Notes: a model not told the origin generated them from the sequence alone. DNA of 64,000 nucleotides from an uncultured Gemmatimonadales bacterium (GCA_963701965.1 OY969695.1:4640001-4704000), one strand, 5' to 3'. Shown: positions 31,079 to 41,185, numbered from the stretch's first letter. Numbers and translations: made by a program.

Positions 31079-31977
31079 GCAGCATGGCGCTGGACGACGT
31101 CTCGTTCACGGCCGACCGCGCGGCCGTGCAGGGGGCGCTGGCAATGTTTTGCGACCGCTACCTCGACGATCTGCCGGCCGTCGCGGCCGAGGCAATGCGG
31201 TATAGCCTCATGGGTGAGGGAAAGCGGATGCGCGCGATTCTGCTGCTGGCCGCCTACCGGGCCGCGGGCGGTCGCGGCGACGCGACCGGATTGGCCGCCG
31301 CGGTGGAGGTCGTGCACGCGTATTCGCTCGTGCACGACGACCTCCCGTGCATGGATGATGACGACTTGCGCCGGGGCCGCCCCACGGTCCACCGCGTGTA
31401 CGGTGTCGCCGTGGCCACGGCCGCGGGGCTGGCAATGGTGCCGCTCGCCGCGCGCTGCGCCATGGAGGCCGGCCAGGCCTTGCAGTTGCCTGATGTGGTG
31501 TGCGGCACCATTCTTCGAGAGCTGATGCGCGCCGCTGGCGGTGGCGGGATGATCGGGGGCCAGCTCCTCGATCTCGAAGGCGAGACCCGGATGTTGTCGC
31601 TGGAGCAGCTCGAGCGCATCCATCGCGCCAAGACGGGCGCCCTGGTGACGGCGTCGACGCGCATCGGCGGGATCGCGGCGCGCGGGGATGCGCGCGTGGT
31701 CGAGGCCCTGGATCGCTACGGCGCCGCGGTCGGCCTCGCCTTTCAGATCGCCGACAATGTGCTGGGCGTCACGGCGACGACCGACCAGTTGGGCAAGACC
31801 GCCGGGCGGGATCTGGCGTTGCACAAGAGCACCTATCCGGCGCTGCTCGGCGTCGAGGGCGCAGTGGCCAGGGCGAGCGCGCTGGTCGATGATGCCTGCA
31901 GTGCGCTGGAGCGCGAAGGGCTGCTGACACCCGCGCTCGAGCATCTGGCCCGGTTCACCGTGAGCCGCCGCTCGTGA
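31075..31977 (+). CDS. ispA: Polyprenyl (farnesyl) diphosphate synthase
   Basis: GKRMR, SLVHDDLPCMDDDDLRRG, GGQ, KTGAL; second Asp motif altered. Confidence 0.92.
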   Translation: MSSMALDDVSFTADRAAVQGALAMFCDRYLDDLPAVAAEAMRYSLMGEGKRMRAILLLAAYRAAGGRGDATGLAAAVEVVHAYSLVHDDLPCMDDDDLRRGRPTVHRVYGVAVATAAGLAMVPLAARCAMEAGQALQLPDVVCGTILRELMRAAGGGGMIGGQLLDLEGETRMLSLEQLERIHRAKTGALVTASTRIGGIAARGDARVVEALDRYGAAVGLAFQIADNVLGVTATTDQLGKTAGRDLALHKSTYPALLGVEGAVARASALVDDACSALEREGLLTPALEHLARFTVSRRS

Positions 31978-31999
31978 CCTCTCTCTGTCGAGATTTCGC

Positions 32000-33910
32000 A
32001 TGACGCTCCCCAGTCCGTATCCGCTGCTCTCGTCCCTGCACTCGACCGCCGATCTCAAGCGGCTGAGTCGCGACGAGCTCAAGGCGCTGGCCGCCGAGGA
32101 GCGCGCCCGTCTCATCGACGTGTGCTCGCGGACGGGAGGCCACATCGGCGCCGGGTTGGGAGTCGTCGAGTTGACCACGGCTCTGCACTATGTGTTCGAT
32201 ACGCCGCGCGACCAGATCGTGTGGGACGTCGGCCACCAGGCGTACCCGCACAAACTGCTCACCGGCCGCGACGGCCGGATGGAGACGCTGCGCCAGGAGC
32301 ACGGGCTCTCCGGTTTCTTGAAGCGCAATGAGAGCGAGTACGACGCGTTCGGCGCGGGGCACGCCGCCACGGCCATCTCGGCGGCGTTCGGGATGGCCGT
32401 GGGCCGCGATCTCAAAGGCGAAGCGTTCAAGGTGATCGCGGTGTTGGGCGACGGGGCGCTGACGAGCGGGATGTCGTACGAAGGGCTCAACAACGCGGGC
32501 GCGACCAACCGCGACATCATCGTGGTGTTGAACGACAACGAAATGTCGATCGCGCCCAACGTTGGCGCGATCGCCAAGTATCTGAACTTCGTCCAGCGCC
32601 ACCCGCTGTACAATCGCGCGCGCTCGGTCATCGGCTCGGCCGTGGATCACGCGCCCGGACCGCTGCATGCGGTGTCCACGCTGGTCAGAAAGTGGGAAGA
32701 GAGCGCCAAGGTCTTCCTGACTCCGGGCGCGTTGTTCGAGGCCCTCGGGTTCCGCTACTTCGGCCCGATCGACGGACACGACCTGAACGAGCTCGTGGAC
32801 ACGCTGGCCGCCGTGCGGGACCTCAAGACGCCGCGGCTGGTGCACGTGGTCACGCAAAAGGGGAAGGGATTCCCCGCCGGCGAACACGGCGAAAAATGGC
32901 ATGCGCTCCCGCCCGGCCACGATCCGGCCACGGGCAAGCAGCTCAAGGCGTCGACCGCGAACGCGAATTACACGACGGTGTTCGGCACCGCCCTCACGGC
33001 CCTGGGCGAGGAGCGCGCCGATCTCGCGGTGATCACGGCGGCGATGCCGTCGGGGACGGGGACCGGGATGTTCGGCAAGAAGTTTCCCGAGCGGTTCTTC
33101 GACGTCGGCATCGCGGAAGGGCACGCCGTCACCTTCGCGGCGGGATTGGCGACGCGCGGGATTCGTCCCGTGTGCGCGATCTACTCGACGTTTCTCCAGC
33201 GCGCCTACGACAGCGTCATCCACAATGTGGCGATCCAGCATTTGCCGGTGGTCTTTGCCATGGACCGCGCGGGGTTGGTCGGCGAGGATGGCCCGACCCA
33301 CATGGGCCTCTATGACATCGCGTACATGCTGGCGGTGCCCGGCATGACCGTGGCCGCGCCCAAGAACGGCACGGAGATGCTCGGCTTGCTGCGGGCCAGC
33401 GTCGAGCATTCGGGTGGCCCGTTCTGCTTCCGCTACCCGCGCGACAGCGCGCCAGACGTGCCCCCGCCAATGGCCAGCGTGCCCGCCGTGCCGTACGGGA
33501 CGTGGGAGGTCCTGCGCAAGGGGAGCGAAGTGGCGATCCTGGCGGTGGGCACCATGGTGGCGCCTGCGCTCGAGGCGGCCGAGACGTTGGCCACCGAGGG
33601 CCTGCGCGTGACGGTCGTCAATTGCCGGTACCTCAAGCCGCACGATGAGCTGACGCTGGCCGCGCTGGTCGGCGATCACAAGCAGTTCCTGGTCGTGGAG
33701 GAGGGGACAGTCGTGAACGGGTTCGGGGCCTACATGTCGGCGGTGATCGGCCCGATGGACGGCGCGGTGCGCGTCCACACGCACGGCGTGCCCGACCGCT
33801 TCATCGAGCAGGCGTCGCGCACCAAGCAGCTGGCGCTGTGCGGCCTCGATGCGACGGGGATCGCGGAGCGGGTCCGGGCGCTACACGAGTCCGAGGCTAT
33901 CGCCGGGTGA
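32000..33910 (+). CDS. dxs: 1-deoxy-D-xylulose-5-phosphate synthase
   Basis: WDVGHQAYPHK, GDGA...LNDNEMSI, DVGIAEGHA, DRAG. Confidence 0.98.
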   Translation: MTLPSPYPLLSSLHSTADLKRLSRDELKALAAEERARLIDVCSRTGGHIGAGLGVVELTTALHYVFDTPRDQIVWDVGHQAYPHKLLTGRDGRMETLRQEHGLSGFLKRNESEYDAFGAGHAATAISAAFGMAVGRDLKGEAFKVIAVLGDGALTSGMSYEGLNNAGATNRDIIVVLNDNEMSIAPNVGAIAKYLNFVQRHPLYNRARSVIGSAVDHAPGPLHAVSTLVRKWEESAKVFLTPGALFEALGFRYFGPIDGHDLNELVDTLAAVRDLKTPRLVHVVTQKGKGFPAGEHGEKWHALPPGHDPATGKQLKASTANANYTTVFGTALTALGEERADLAVITAAMPSGTGTGMFGKKFPERFFDVGIAEGHAVTFAAGLATRGIRPVCAIYSTFLQRAYDSVIHNVAIQHLPVVFAMDRAGLVGEDGPTHMGLYDIAYMLAVPGMTVAAPKNGTEMLGLLRASVEHSGGPFCFRYPRDSAPDVPPPMASVPAVPYGTWEVLRKGSEVAILAVGTMVAPALEAAETLATEGLRVTVVNCRYLKPHDELTLAALVGDHKQFLVVEEGTVVNGFGAYMSAVIGPMDGAVRVHTHGVPDRFIEQASRTKQLALCGLDATGIAERVRALHESEAIAG

Positions 33911-34764
33911 TCCATCTCGGCGTCATCGGGCACCGCGGGTACGAGCGGTTGCCCGACGTCATGCGCACGTTATCGCGATTGGCGCCCGAGCTCGAGCTGG
34001 CGCTGTACTTCGAGCCGGACCTGCACCAGGTCGCACAGAAAGGCGAACTGCTCACCGGCCCCGCGGCGTTGGGTGGCCTCATCACGCTCGGCGGCGATGG
34101 CACGCTGCTGCGCGGTGCCCGGTTTCTCGCGGGCGCGCCGGTGCCGATCCTGGGCGTCAACTTGGGCCGGTTGGGGTTCCTGACCAGCTGCGGCGTCGAC
34201 GAGCTGGAGGATGGCGTGCGGCGGTTCGCGCGCGGCGAGTATTTCGCCGAGGCGCGGATGGCGCTGGAGGCGGGCGCGCACGATCTCGACGACGCCACGC
34301 GCCGCCGGTGGTATGGGCTCAACGACGTCGTGCTCCACAAGGGTGGTTTCGCGCGGGTGGTGCGGCTGGAGCTTTTCTCCAACGGCGAAGAGGTCGGGGC
34401 CTACACGGCCGACGGGATCATCGTGTCGACACCGACGGGATCGACGGCGTACAGCCTGTCGGCCGGTGGCCCGATCGTGCATCCGACGGTCGAGTCGATC
34501 CTGGTGACGCCGATCTCGCCCCATTCGCTGGCGCTTCGCCCGCTGGTGCTGCCGCCCAACGCCGAGATCGCGGTGTACGTCGAGGATGGGCCGGCCGAGC
34601 TCCTGGTGACGATCGACGGGCAGGTCGGGACGACCTTCTCGACGGGCGACACGCTGCACGTGCGGCGCGCGGGACGTCCCGTGATCATCGTCCAGTTTCC
34701 CGGGACGACGTATTTCGCGCGGCTCCGGCGCAAGCTGGGATGGGGCAGCGTCCCTCACGCGTGA
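33907..34764 (+). CDS. nadK: NAD kinase
   Basis: GGDGTLL, GRLGFL, ND, STPTGSTAYSLSAGGP. Confidence 0.96.
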   Translation: MIHLGVIGHRGYERLPDVMRTLSRLAPELELALYFEPDLHQVAQKGELLTGPAALGGLITLGGDGTLLRGARFLAGAPVPILGVNLGRLGFLTSCGVDELEDGVRRFARGEYFAEARMALEAGAHDLDDATRRRWYGLNDVVLHKGGFARVVRLELFSNGEEVGAYTADGIIVSTPTGSTAYSLSAGGPIVHPTVESILVTPISPHSLALRPLVLPPNAEIAVYVEDGPAELLVTIDGQVGTTFSTGDTLHVRRAGRPVIIVQFPGTTYFARLRRKLGWGSVPHA

Positions 34765-34774
34765 TCGGGCCGCT

Positions 34775-36481
34775 ATGCTGACCGAGCTGCGCATCCGCCA
34801 TTTCGCCATCATCGAGCAATTGACGCTGCCGCTGGCGCGCGGGTTCAACGTGCTGTCGGGCGAGACGGGGGCGGGGAAGTCGATCATCGTCGACGCGATC
34901 GGGTTGCTGCTGGGCGACCGGGCCAGCGCCAATGTCGTGCGCACGGGCGCCGAGCGGGCGACGGTGGAGGGCGTGTTCGACGTGGCCGACCATCCGGAGT
35001 TGGCGGCGCTCCTCGACACCCGCGGCATCAATGTCGACGAGTCGCGCGTCGTGCTCAAGCGGGAGGTGTCCTCGGCGGGTCGGGCGCGGGCATGGATCAA
35101 CGGCTCCACGGTCACCGCCGCGGTGCTGGCCAATGTCGGCCGCTGGTTGGTGAGCTTGCACGGGCAGCACGAGGCCGAGACGCTGCTCAATGCCGATGCG
35201 CAGCTGGCGATCCTGGATACGTTCGCGGGTGCCGGCGAGCTGGCGGCGCGCGTGCGCGCGGCGTATGACGCGCTGGTGGCGGTGCGCCGGGAGCGGGGCG
35301 AGCTGGCGGCCCGCCGGGTGGAGGCCGAGCGCCGCGCCGATTATCTGCGGCATGTCGTCGAGGAGATCGACGCTGCCAGACTCGTGGCGGGGGAAGATGC
35401 GCGTCTCGAGGAAGAAGTCCGGCGGCTGACGCACGCCGACGAGTTGCGGCAGCTGGCGGGCGGGGCGGCGGCGGCGCTGGATGGCGACGACGAAGCCGTG
35501 CTGCGACGCCTCGGCGCGCTGCAACGCGCATTGGCATCGCTCCGGCGCATCGATCCGGCGCTCGACCGGTTGCAGGAGCTTTACGATTCGGCGTACTACA
35601 ACATCGAGGAGCTGGCGCGGGCGCTCGAGGAGTACGAAGAGGGGATCGAGCTGGATCCGGATCGACTGGTGGATGTCACGCGTCGGCGGGATCTGGTGTT
35701 GCGGCTCATGAAAAAGCATGGGGCGTCGCTCGACGACGTGATCGAGACGGGGCGACGGGCGCGGGCCGAGCTCGATCTCGTCGACTCGGCGGCGTTCGAT
35801 TTGGCGCGGTTGGAGCGCGCGGAGGCGGCGGCGCTGGCGGAGCTCGCGGCCGGCGCGGAGCGGCTGACGGCGGCGCGGCGCGCCGCGGCGGACCGGTTGG
35901 CGGAGTCGGTCGACGCCTTGTTGCCGGAGCTCGGCATGGGGGGCGGCCGGTTTCGGGCCGAGCTCGTGCCGCGGGGCGAATCGGGGGCGCACGGGGCGGA
36001 AGACGTGACGTTCGCGGTGCAGCTCAACGTGGGGCACGATATGCGGCCGCTGGCCCGCGTGGCGTCCGGCGGTGAGCTGTCGCGCGTCATGCTGGCGCTG
36101 GAGACCATCCTGGCCCGGGCGGACCGGGTGCCCACACTGGTGTTCGATGAAGTCGATGCGGGGATCGGTGGGCGGGTGGGGTTGCAAGTGGGCGATGCCC
36201 TCCGGCGTTCCGCGGAGCATCACCAGGTGTTCGCCATCACGCATCTGCCGCAGATCGCGGCCCGCGCGCATCATCACATCCTGGTGCGGAAGGACGCGGC
36301 GGGCGGCGTCACGACCGCGGATGTCACCGTGGTCGAAGGCGACGCGCGAGTCGACGAGATCGCGCGCATGTTGGGCGGCGACCCCGAGAGCGACGTCAGC
36401 CGTGCGCACGCCCGCGAGCTTCTCGCCGCGGCCGAGCCTGTCAGCAAACGGGCGCGGGGTTTGCACAAGAGGCGGTCATGA
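34775..36481 (+). CDS. recN: DNA repair protein RecN
   Basis: GETGAGKS, ASGGELSR, FDEVDAG, ITHLPQ. Confidence 0.97.
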   Translation: MLTELRIRHFAIIEQLTLPLARGFNVLSGETGAGKSIIVDAIGLLLGDRASANVVRTGAERATVEGVFDVADHPELAALLDTRGINVDESRVVLKREVSSAGRARAWINGSTVTAAVLANVGRWLVSLHGQHEAETLLNADAQLAILDTFAGAGELAARVRAAYDALVAVRRERGELAARRVEAERRADYLRHVVEEIDAARLVAGEDARLEEEVRRLTHADELRQLAGGAAAALDGDDEAVLRRLGALQRALASLRRIDPALDRLQELYDSAYYNIEELARALEEYEEGIELDPDRLVDVTRRRDLVLRLMKKHGASLDDVIETGRRARAELDLVDSAAFDLARLERAEAAALAELAAGAERLTAARRAAADRLAESVDALLPELGMGGGRFRAELVPRGESGAHGAEDVTFAVQLNVGHDMRPLARVASGGELSRVMLALETILARADRVPTLVFDEVDAGIGGRVGLQVGDALRRSAEHHQVFAITHLPQIAARAHHHILVRKDAAGGVTTADVTVVEGDARVDEIARMLGGDPESDVSRAHARELLAAAEPVSKRARGLHKRRS

Positions 36482-36801
36482 TTGCAACGGTCCGCGCGCT
36501 GTGTGTCATCGTCCTGTGCGCCGCGGCGCCCCGTGTCATGGTGGCGCAAGACACGACCCATCACGATTCGTCGGCCGTCAAGCGCAAGGCGAACAACACG
36601 GTCGACAACGCCGGCGAAGGCGTGAAGAAGGCGAACGATCAAGTCGGCAAAGGGGCTTACGACGCGGGCACGGGTGTGAAGAACCTGTTCCGGGGCAAGA
36701 AGTCGACGAAGGCCCATGTCGACTCCGCGGGGGTCAAGCACGACTCCACGAAGGTGAAGCGCGATACGACGAAGGTGAAGCGCGACGCGACGCCGCCCTA
36801 A
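36478..36801 (+). CDS. Small secreted Lys-rich protein with 7-aa tandem repeats
   Basis: Signal peptide ending VAQ; VKHDSTK-VKRDTTK-VKRDAT. Confidence 0.7.
   Translation: MIATVRALCVIVLCAAAPRVMVAQDTTHHDSSAVKRKANNTVDNAGEGVKKANDQVGKGAYDAGTGVKNLFRGKKSTKAHVDSAGVKHDSTKVKRDTTKVKRDATPP
36733..36792 (+). repeat. Imperfect 21-nt tandem repeat (about 3 copies)
   Basis: gtcaagcacgactccacgaag / gtgaagcgcgatacgacgaag / gtgaagcgcgacgcgacg. Confidence 0.75.
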
Positions 36802-37358
36802 CGGGCGCGCGTCGTCGCTCCCTGCTGCGCGTCGCGGATCGTGTCGTAGACCTTCTTCGCGGCCGGGATCATCTCGAAGCTCGGCACGTCTGGTTTGCCG
36901 GTCCACATCCTGGTGGATCGGCCCCAGGCCTGCACGGCCGGGCGCCCGAAGGTGATCGTGCCGGTGCCATCGGGACTCTCGTTCAGCGCGATGTCCGTCA
37001 CGGTGCCGATGTTGAGCGACTGGAGCGACGGAGCGAAGCCACGGGCGGCGATGAGAATGCGTTGCGTGGTGACCCCGTAGGTCGTGTCGCGCCGGCGGCG
37101 AGCGTCCCAGAAAAAGCGTCCGACCGTGATGTAGAGGCCGACCAGCACGAAGGGGATGCCCCACAGTTTGAATAACCAGGGCGCGCGGGCGGTCACGACC
37201 GTGGATTCCCAGAAGACGGCGAAGCCACCCCAGAGGAGGCTGAACGGGATGGCGAGCGCGTCGGAGGGGCGAAGCGCAAGGCCCTGACGGGGGACGCCGG
37301 ACCACAGCAGCTGCTCACCCGCGGCGAGCGGGAACTGCACCGACGTGGGGCCCGGCAT
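36798..37358 (-). CDS. Two-TM membrane protein with bacterial PH-like domain
   Basis: GEQLLWSGVP, two hydrophobic helices, TYGVTTQR, DGTGTITFG. Confidence 0.75.
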   Translation of the reverse strand: MPGPTSVQFPLAAGEQLLWSGVPRQGLALRPSDALAIPFSLLWGGFAVFWESTVVTARAPWLFKLWGIPFVLVGLYITVGRFFWDARRRRDTTYGVTTQRILIAARGFAPSLQSLNIGTVTDIALNESPDGTGTITFGRPAVQAWGRSTRMWTGKPDVPSFEMIPAAKKVYDTIRDAQQGATTRAR

Positions 37359-37367
37359 GGTACCCGC

Positions 37368-39059
37368 CTAGAATGAGAAGTCGCGCTTCCCTAGTAGACG
37401 AAAATACAGGCGCAGGGTGACCGAGTCGACGAATGTCTTGGGGAGATAGCCGCCGGTGGCGGTGATCGTCTCGTAGTGCAGGTACGAGATATCGAGCGGC
37501 AGCCAGGGATGCTTGCGGAGGGCCGCGGCGGCGACGGTCGAGAACGTGAGGCCGAACCCGACCCGTTGGGTCGTGTAGTCGGTGTTGAGCCCGAGGACGG
37601 CGGCGTTGAGCTTGACCGGGCCGATGCCGGTCTGCGCCGAGTCGAGCGAGAGCGTGCCGGTGTAAGTATCCGCGTCCTTGTGGCGGAAGAGATAGAACCC
37701 CGAGACGACGAAGTAGTCGTTGACCGTGTAGTGCGGGTCGACCTCGAGCTCCAGCGCGTTGCCGAGGCGCCGGCTCACGGTGGTGAGCGAGTACAGCGGG
37801 TTGAGGACTTCCCCCTCCGCGCCCGGGATGCGCGTGACGATGTTGTCGCTCAGCTGATAGGTGCCGCGCCCCACGATGGTTGCCCACAGGTGCTTGCCGA
37901 AGAGCAGGTCCGTCGCCACGTGCCCTTCGACCGCGTTCTCGCCGGTGCCGGTGCCCGGGTCGAGCAGCACGTTCTGCGCGGGCGGCGCCCCGGTGCCGAG
38001 CCGGAACAACCCGGTGACGGCGAGGCGATAGTTGAACCCATGCGGGTGCAGGCGCAGCGTGTCATTGCCGTGGAACGAATCGAACAACTGGTACGTGGCG
38101 CTGACCTCGGCATCGCCAATGCCGTAGGTGTCAATGTCGCGCAGCGAGTCGACCGCGAATCCGAACGTTGTGTCAGTGAGCAGCGAGTCGAACTCGGCGA
38201 CACCGGCGCGGGCCGGCGCCGCGACCGGTTGCACGAGCGTGATGACCGGTAAGCCGATCGTGCGGAACGCGCTGTTGAACTGCGCGGTGAGTGACGAATC
38301 CCGGCTGTTGATCTGATTCTGGACGGTGGATCCGTTGACGGGGACGACGAGGGCGCCGGCGCCGCCGGGACCGCCGTAGACCTGGGCCACGCCATTGGCG
38401 AACGTGTTGCCCTGGGCGACGAGATTTTGCAGGGCGCTGCGTTCGCTATTGATGGCGGCGCAGTGCGGCGCGGCGGGATTCGCGGCGCAGGAGGCCAAGG
38501 CTTGCTGTAAGGTGCGGGCGGCGTTTTGGAATTGCGTGAACACGCCCGCGTCGGTCGCCAGCGCTTGGGCCGAGCCGAGCGCGGGGTTGAAGGCGACGTT
38601 GCCTTCGAAGCGCGTGGGATTGACGTTCAGGAAAATGTTCTGGCGCGTGTGCACGATCGGCAGTCGGGCCCGGATCGTGAGGTGTTTCGTGATCCCGGCT
38701 TCCAACGAGATCGGGAACGACTCGACGCGCACGTCGGAGCCGGTCACAACCTTGCCAAAGTTGAGGACGAAGTTCTGGTCGCCGGTCAGCGTGCGGATGC
38801 CCGCTTGCGACGGCGCGAACGCCGGCACCTGGGCGACGCCGAGGGTGTCGAAGTTGAGGGCGGCGGCGCGCGGTTGGAGCGAGCCATCGGGCGCCCAGAA
38901 CTGGTTTTCGCGCGTGTTGTCGTCGCCGAACCAGAGGCGGACGACGCCGCCCGGCAGCGTGCGCGCCTCGTCGCCGGGGACGGGCACCGGCTGGGCGCCC
39001 ACCCGGAATGCGGCTACGAGCGCGACGAGGAGTAGTGAGCACGCGGCTCGAAGCGGCAC
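37368..39059 (-). CDS. Secreted, probably outer-membrane beta-barrel protein
   Basis: Signal peptide, alternating aromatic beta-strands, C-terminal Phe. Confidence 0.7.
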   Translation of the reverse strand: MPLRAACSLLLVALVAAFRVGAQPVPVPGDEARTLPGGVVRLWFGDDNTRENQFWAPDGSLQPRAAALNFDTLGVAQVPAFAPSQAGIRTLTGDQNFVLNFGKVVTGSDVRVESFPISLEAGITKHLTIRARLPIVHTRQNIFLNVNPTRFEGNVAFNPALGSAQALATDAGVFTQFQNAARTLQQALASCAANPAAPHCAAINSERSALQNLVAQGNTFANGVAQVYGGPGGAGALVVPVNGSTVQNQINSRDSSLTAQFNSAFRTIGLPVITLVQPVAAPARAGVAEFDSLLTDTTFGFAVDSLRDIDTYGIGDAEVSATYQLFDSFHGNDTLRLHPHGFNYRLAVTGLFRLGTGAPPAQNVLLDPGTGTGENAVEGHVATDLLFGKHLWATIVGRGTYQLSDNIVTRIPGAEGEVLNPLYSLTTVSRRLGNALELEVDPHYTVNDYFVVSGFYLFRHKDADTYTGTLSLDSAQTGIGPVKLNAAVLGLNTDYTTQRVGFGLTFSTVAAAALRKHPWLPLDISYLHYETITATGGYLPKTFVDSVTLRLYFRLLGKRDFSF

Positions 39060-39180
39060 GACGGGGAAGGGGGTTTAAGTTCTTGTGGGAGAAAGAGTAA
39101 AGTACGTCGTTGGGACCGTTGACGCAGGCCGCGGAGAGTAGCAACCTTCCCACCGCAATGTCAACCCGAGTGGCTACCCC

Positions 39181-40947
39181 GTGAGCCTACGGCCGATCCC
39201 TCCCGTCCGGTGGCACGTCACGGGAAACCACTGGCTGGCGCTCCCCTGCATTCATCCGGAGACGGCGGCCATTCACGCGCTGGGTTTGCTGAACCGCGGC
39301 GCGCGGTCGGCGATCGAGTTCGCGGGCGACGCGGGGTTCGTCGACGGCGTCGGCCCCCCGCTGTTTCGCCTGACGCTCGCGGTGGACGGGGCGCCGGTCT
39401 CGGGCGCATTGACGTGGGAGCGGGCCCAGGATTGGGTGCCGGCGTACACGTGGTCCGCGCGGGATCTCGTGGTGCGCGGAGCGATCTTTTCGCCGTACGG
39501 CCGGGACATCAATGTCCCGGGTGCCGTGCACGCCGTGGCGATCGAGAACCGGGGCTCCGCTCCCGTCACCGTGGCGGTGACGTTCAATGGGACCTTGGGG
39601 CATCGCCAGCATCGCGTGCGGACGGCCCGGTCGTTCGACGACGCGCATGTCGTGGCGCGGGTCGGCGACGCGGTGATCTTGGAGGGGGCGTCGCTGCCGG
39701 GCGCGGCGGCGCTCGCGGTGAGTGCCGATGGCCTGGTCGGCATCGAGACTGCGGGCGCTCCCGCGTTCGCGTTGCGCCGTGCGGTGTCCATCGCCCCGGG
39801 CGAGTCAGCGGATGTCGCCTTTTACATCGCGGCCGGTCCGGAGCGGGATGGCGCGGTGGCGACGGGGGTGGCCATGCGCCGGCGGGGGTGGCGCGATCTC
39901 TTGCAGGCCACGCGCGAGGCGTTGCGGCGGTTGGGGCAGACGACGGGATCGGAGGCGCTGGACACGGTCGTGAACCGGAATCTCGTGTTCGCTTACTTCT
40001 ACGCGATCGGGCGGGCGCTGGACGACGCGCACTATTACTTCATGCGGTCGCGAGCGCCGTGGAACGGGCGGGGCGTGACGGTACGCGACTGGGATGCGCT
40101 GGCGCTCGCGCTCCCCGCGGTGCAATTGGCCGACGCGCCATTGGCGCGCGAGCTCTTGCTGCGGGCCTGCGAGCTGCACGGGTACGCGCCGGGGCGCGGC
40201 GTGAACTATCTCGACGGGACGATGTTCGAGCCGGGGTTCTCGCTCGAGGGTGTGGCGTCGTACGCGCTGGCGACGGAGCGGTACATCCGGGAGACGGGCG
40301 ACGACCAGATCGTCGAGGAGCCGGTGATCGCCGACACGTTGTACGCCAGCGCCGACGATCTCGCGGCGCGGCGCAACGCCGGCGTGCCGCTCTACGCCAC
40401 CGAGGTCTCGCCGTCCGGCGAGCGCGTGGCGTTGCCGTACACGTTGCACGCGAATGCGGTGGCGGCCATGGCGCTCGACGTGTTCCAGCGGACGTTGGAC
40501 GCCGAGACGGCGAAGGGCGTCGAGGATCCGAGCGCGGTGCGGGCGGCGATTTTGCGGCAGTTCGCGGTGGAGCGCGGCGGGAAGCCGACGTTGGCGGCGG
40601 CGATCGACTTGAATGGCGGGGTGTCGACGGTCGACGATCCCGTGGCGTCGGCGCTGTGGCTGCCGTTGTACGAGACGTTCGACCGGTCGGAGTCGGTGTT
40701 TCGCCGGACGGTGAAGGCGATCCCCGCGGACCGGTCGTCGCTCATCCGCCAACTGGCGCGTCTCGTGGGGCCCGACGCATCCGGTGTGCTGGCGTGGCTT
40801 CGGGACGCGCCGTTGGACAACGGTCTGGCTGCGGAGCAGCTGGACGAGACGGGGGCGGCGGTGGCCAACGGCGGGGACGCGACGTTGGCCGGACTGCTCG
40901 CCTATACCGTATGGTATGCCATCCATGCTTTGGGGGTGGCCCCGTAA
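39181..40947 (+). CDS. Six-hairpin glycosidase-like protein (GH125-like)
   Basis: 588-aa ORF; GVNYLDGTMFEPGFSLE...YIRETGD segment resembles GH125-like proteins. Confidence 0.55.
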   Translation: MSLRPIPPVRWHVTGNHWLALPCIHPETAAIHALGLLNRGARSAIEFAGDAGFVDGVGPPLFRLTLAVDGAPVSGALTWERAQDWVPAYTWSARDLVVRGAIFSPYGRDINVPGAVHAVAIENRGSAPVTVAVTFNGTLGHRQHRVRTARSFDDAHVVARVGDAVILEGASLPGAAALAVSADGLVGIETAGAPAFALRRAVSIAPGESADVAFYIAAGPERDGAVATGVAMRRRGWRDLLQATREALRRLGQTTGSEALDTVVNRNLVFAYFYAIGRALDDAHYYFMRSRAPWNGRGVTVRDWDALALALPAVQLADAPLARELLLRACELHGYAPGRGVNYLDGTMFEPGFSLEGVASYALATERYIRETGDDQIVEEPVIADTLYASADDLAARRNAGVPLYATEVSPSGERVALPYTLHANAVAAMALDVFQRTLDAETAKGVEDPSAVRAAILRQFAVERGGKPTLAAAIDLNGGVSTVDDPVASALWLPLYETFDRSESVFRRTVKAIPADRSSLIRQLARLVGPDASGVLAWLRDAPLDNGLAAEQLDETGAAVANGGDATLAGLLAYTVWYAIHALGVAP

Positions 40948-40995
40948 CGGCCGGTTGATCGGCTGTGACGCGATCGCTATACTTTTTCGGCAGTT

Positions 40996-41068
40996 GCGGG
41001 AATAGCTCAGTTGGTAGAGCACAACCTTGCCAAGGTTGGGGTCGCGGGTTCGAGTCCCGTTTCCCGCT
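40996..41068 (+). tRNA. tRNA-Gly(GCC), CCA not encoded
   Basis: GCGGGAA/TTCCCGC acceptor stem, AGCTCAGTTGGTAGAGC D-arm, CAACC-TTGCCAA-GGTTG anticodon arm, GGTTCGAGTCC T-arm. Confidence 0.99.
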
Positions 41069-41087
41069 CTGTTTCGCAACAACCTCC

Positions 41088-41115
41088 GGGCCTAGCGGCA
41101 CCAGCCGCTGGGCCC
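41088..41115. repeat. GC-rich hairpin after the tRNA; second copy at 49641-49668
   Basis: gggcctagcggcaccagccgctgggccc versus gggcccagcggtgtcagccgctgggccc (24/28 identical). Confidence 0.7.
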
Positions 41116-41185
41116 GTGGCACTAGTGTCCGGCACTATCGCCGTTGCATTCGGCACCACACAGCGCTAGCGGCTGGCTGATCCGA

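Noticed and set aside
7223..36466. Long antisense and alternate-frame ORFs (for example 7223-9268, 9265-11061, 27171-29012, 31955-33784, 34685-36466)
   Set aside because: Shadow ORFs expected in ~70% GC DNA opposite well-supported genes; Arg/Ala/Gly-rich with no motifs.
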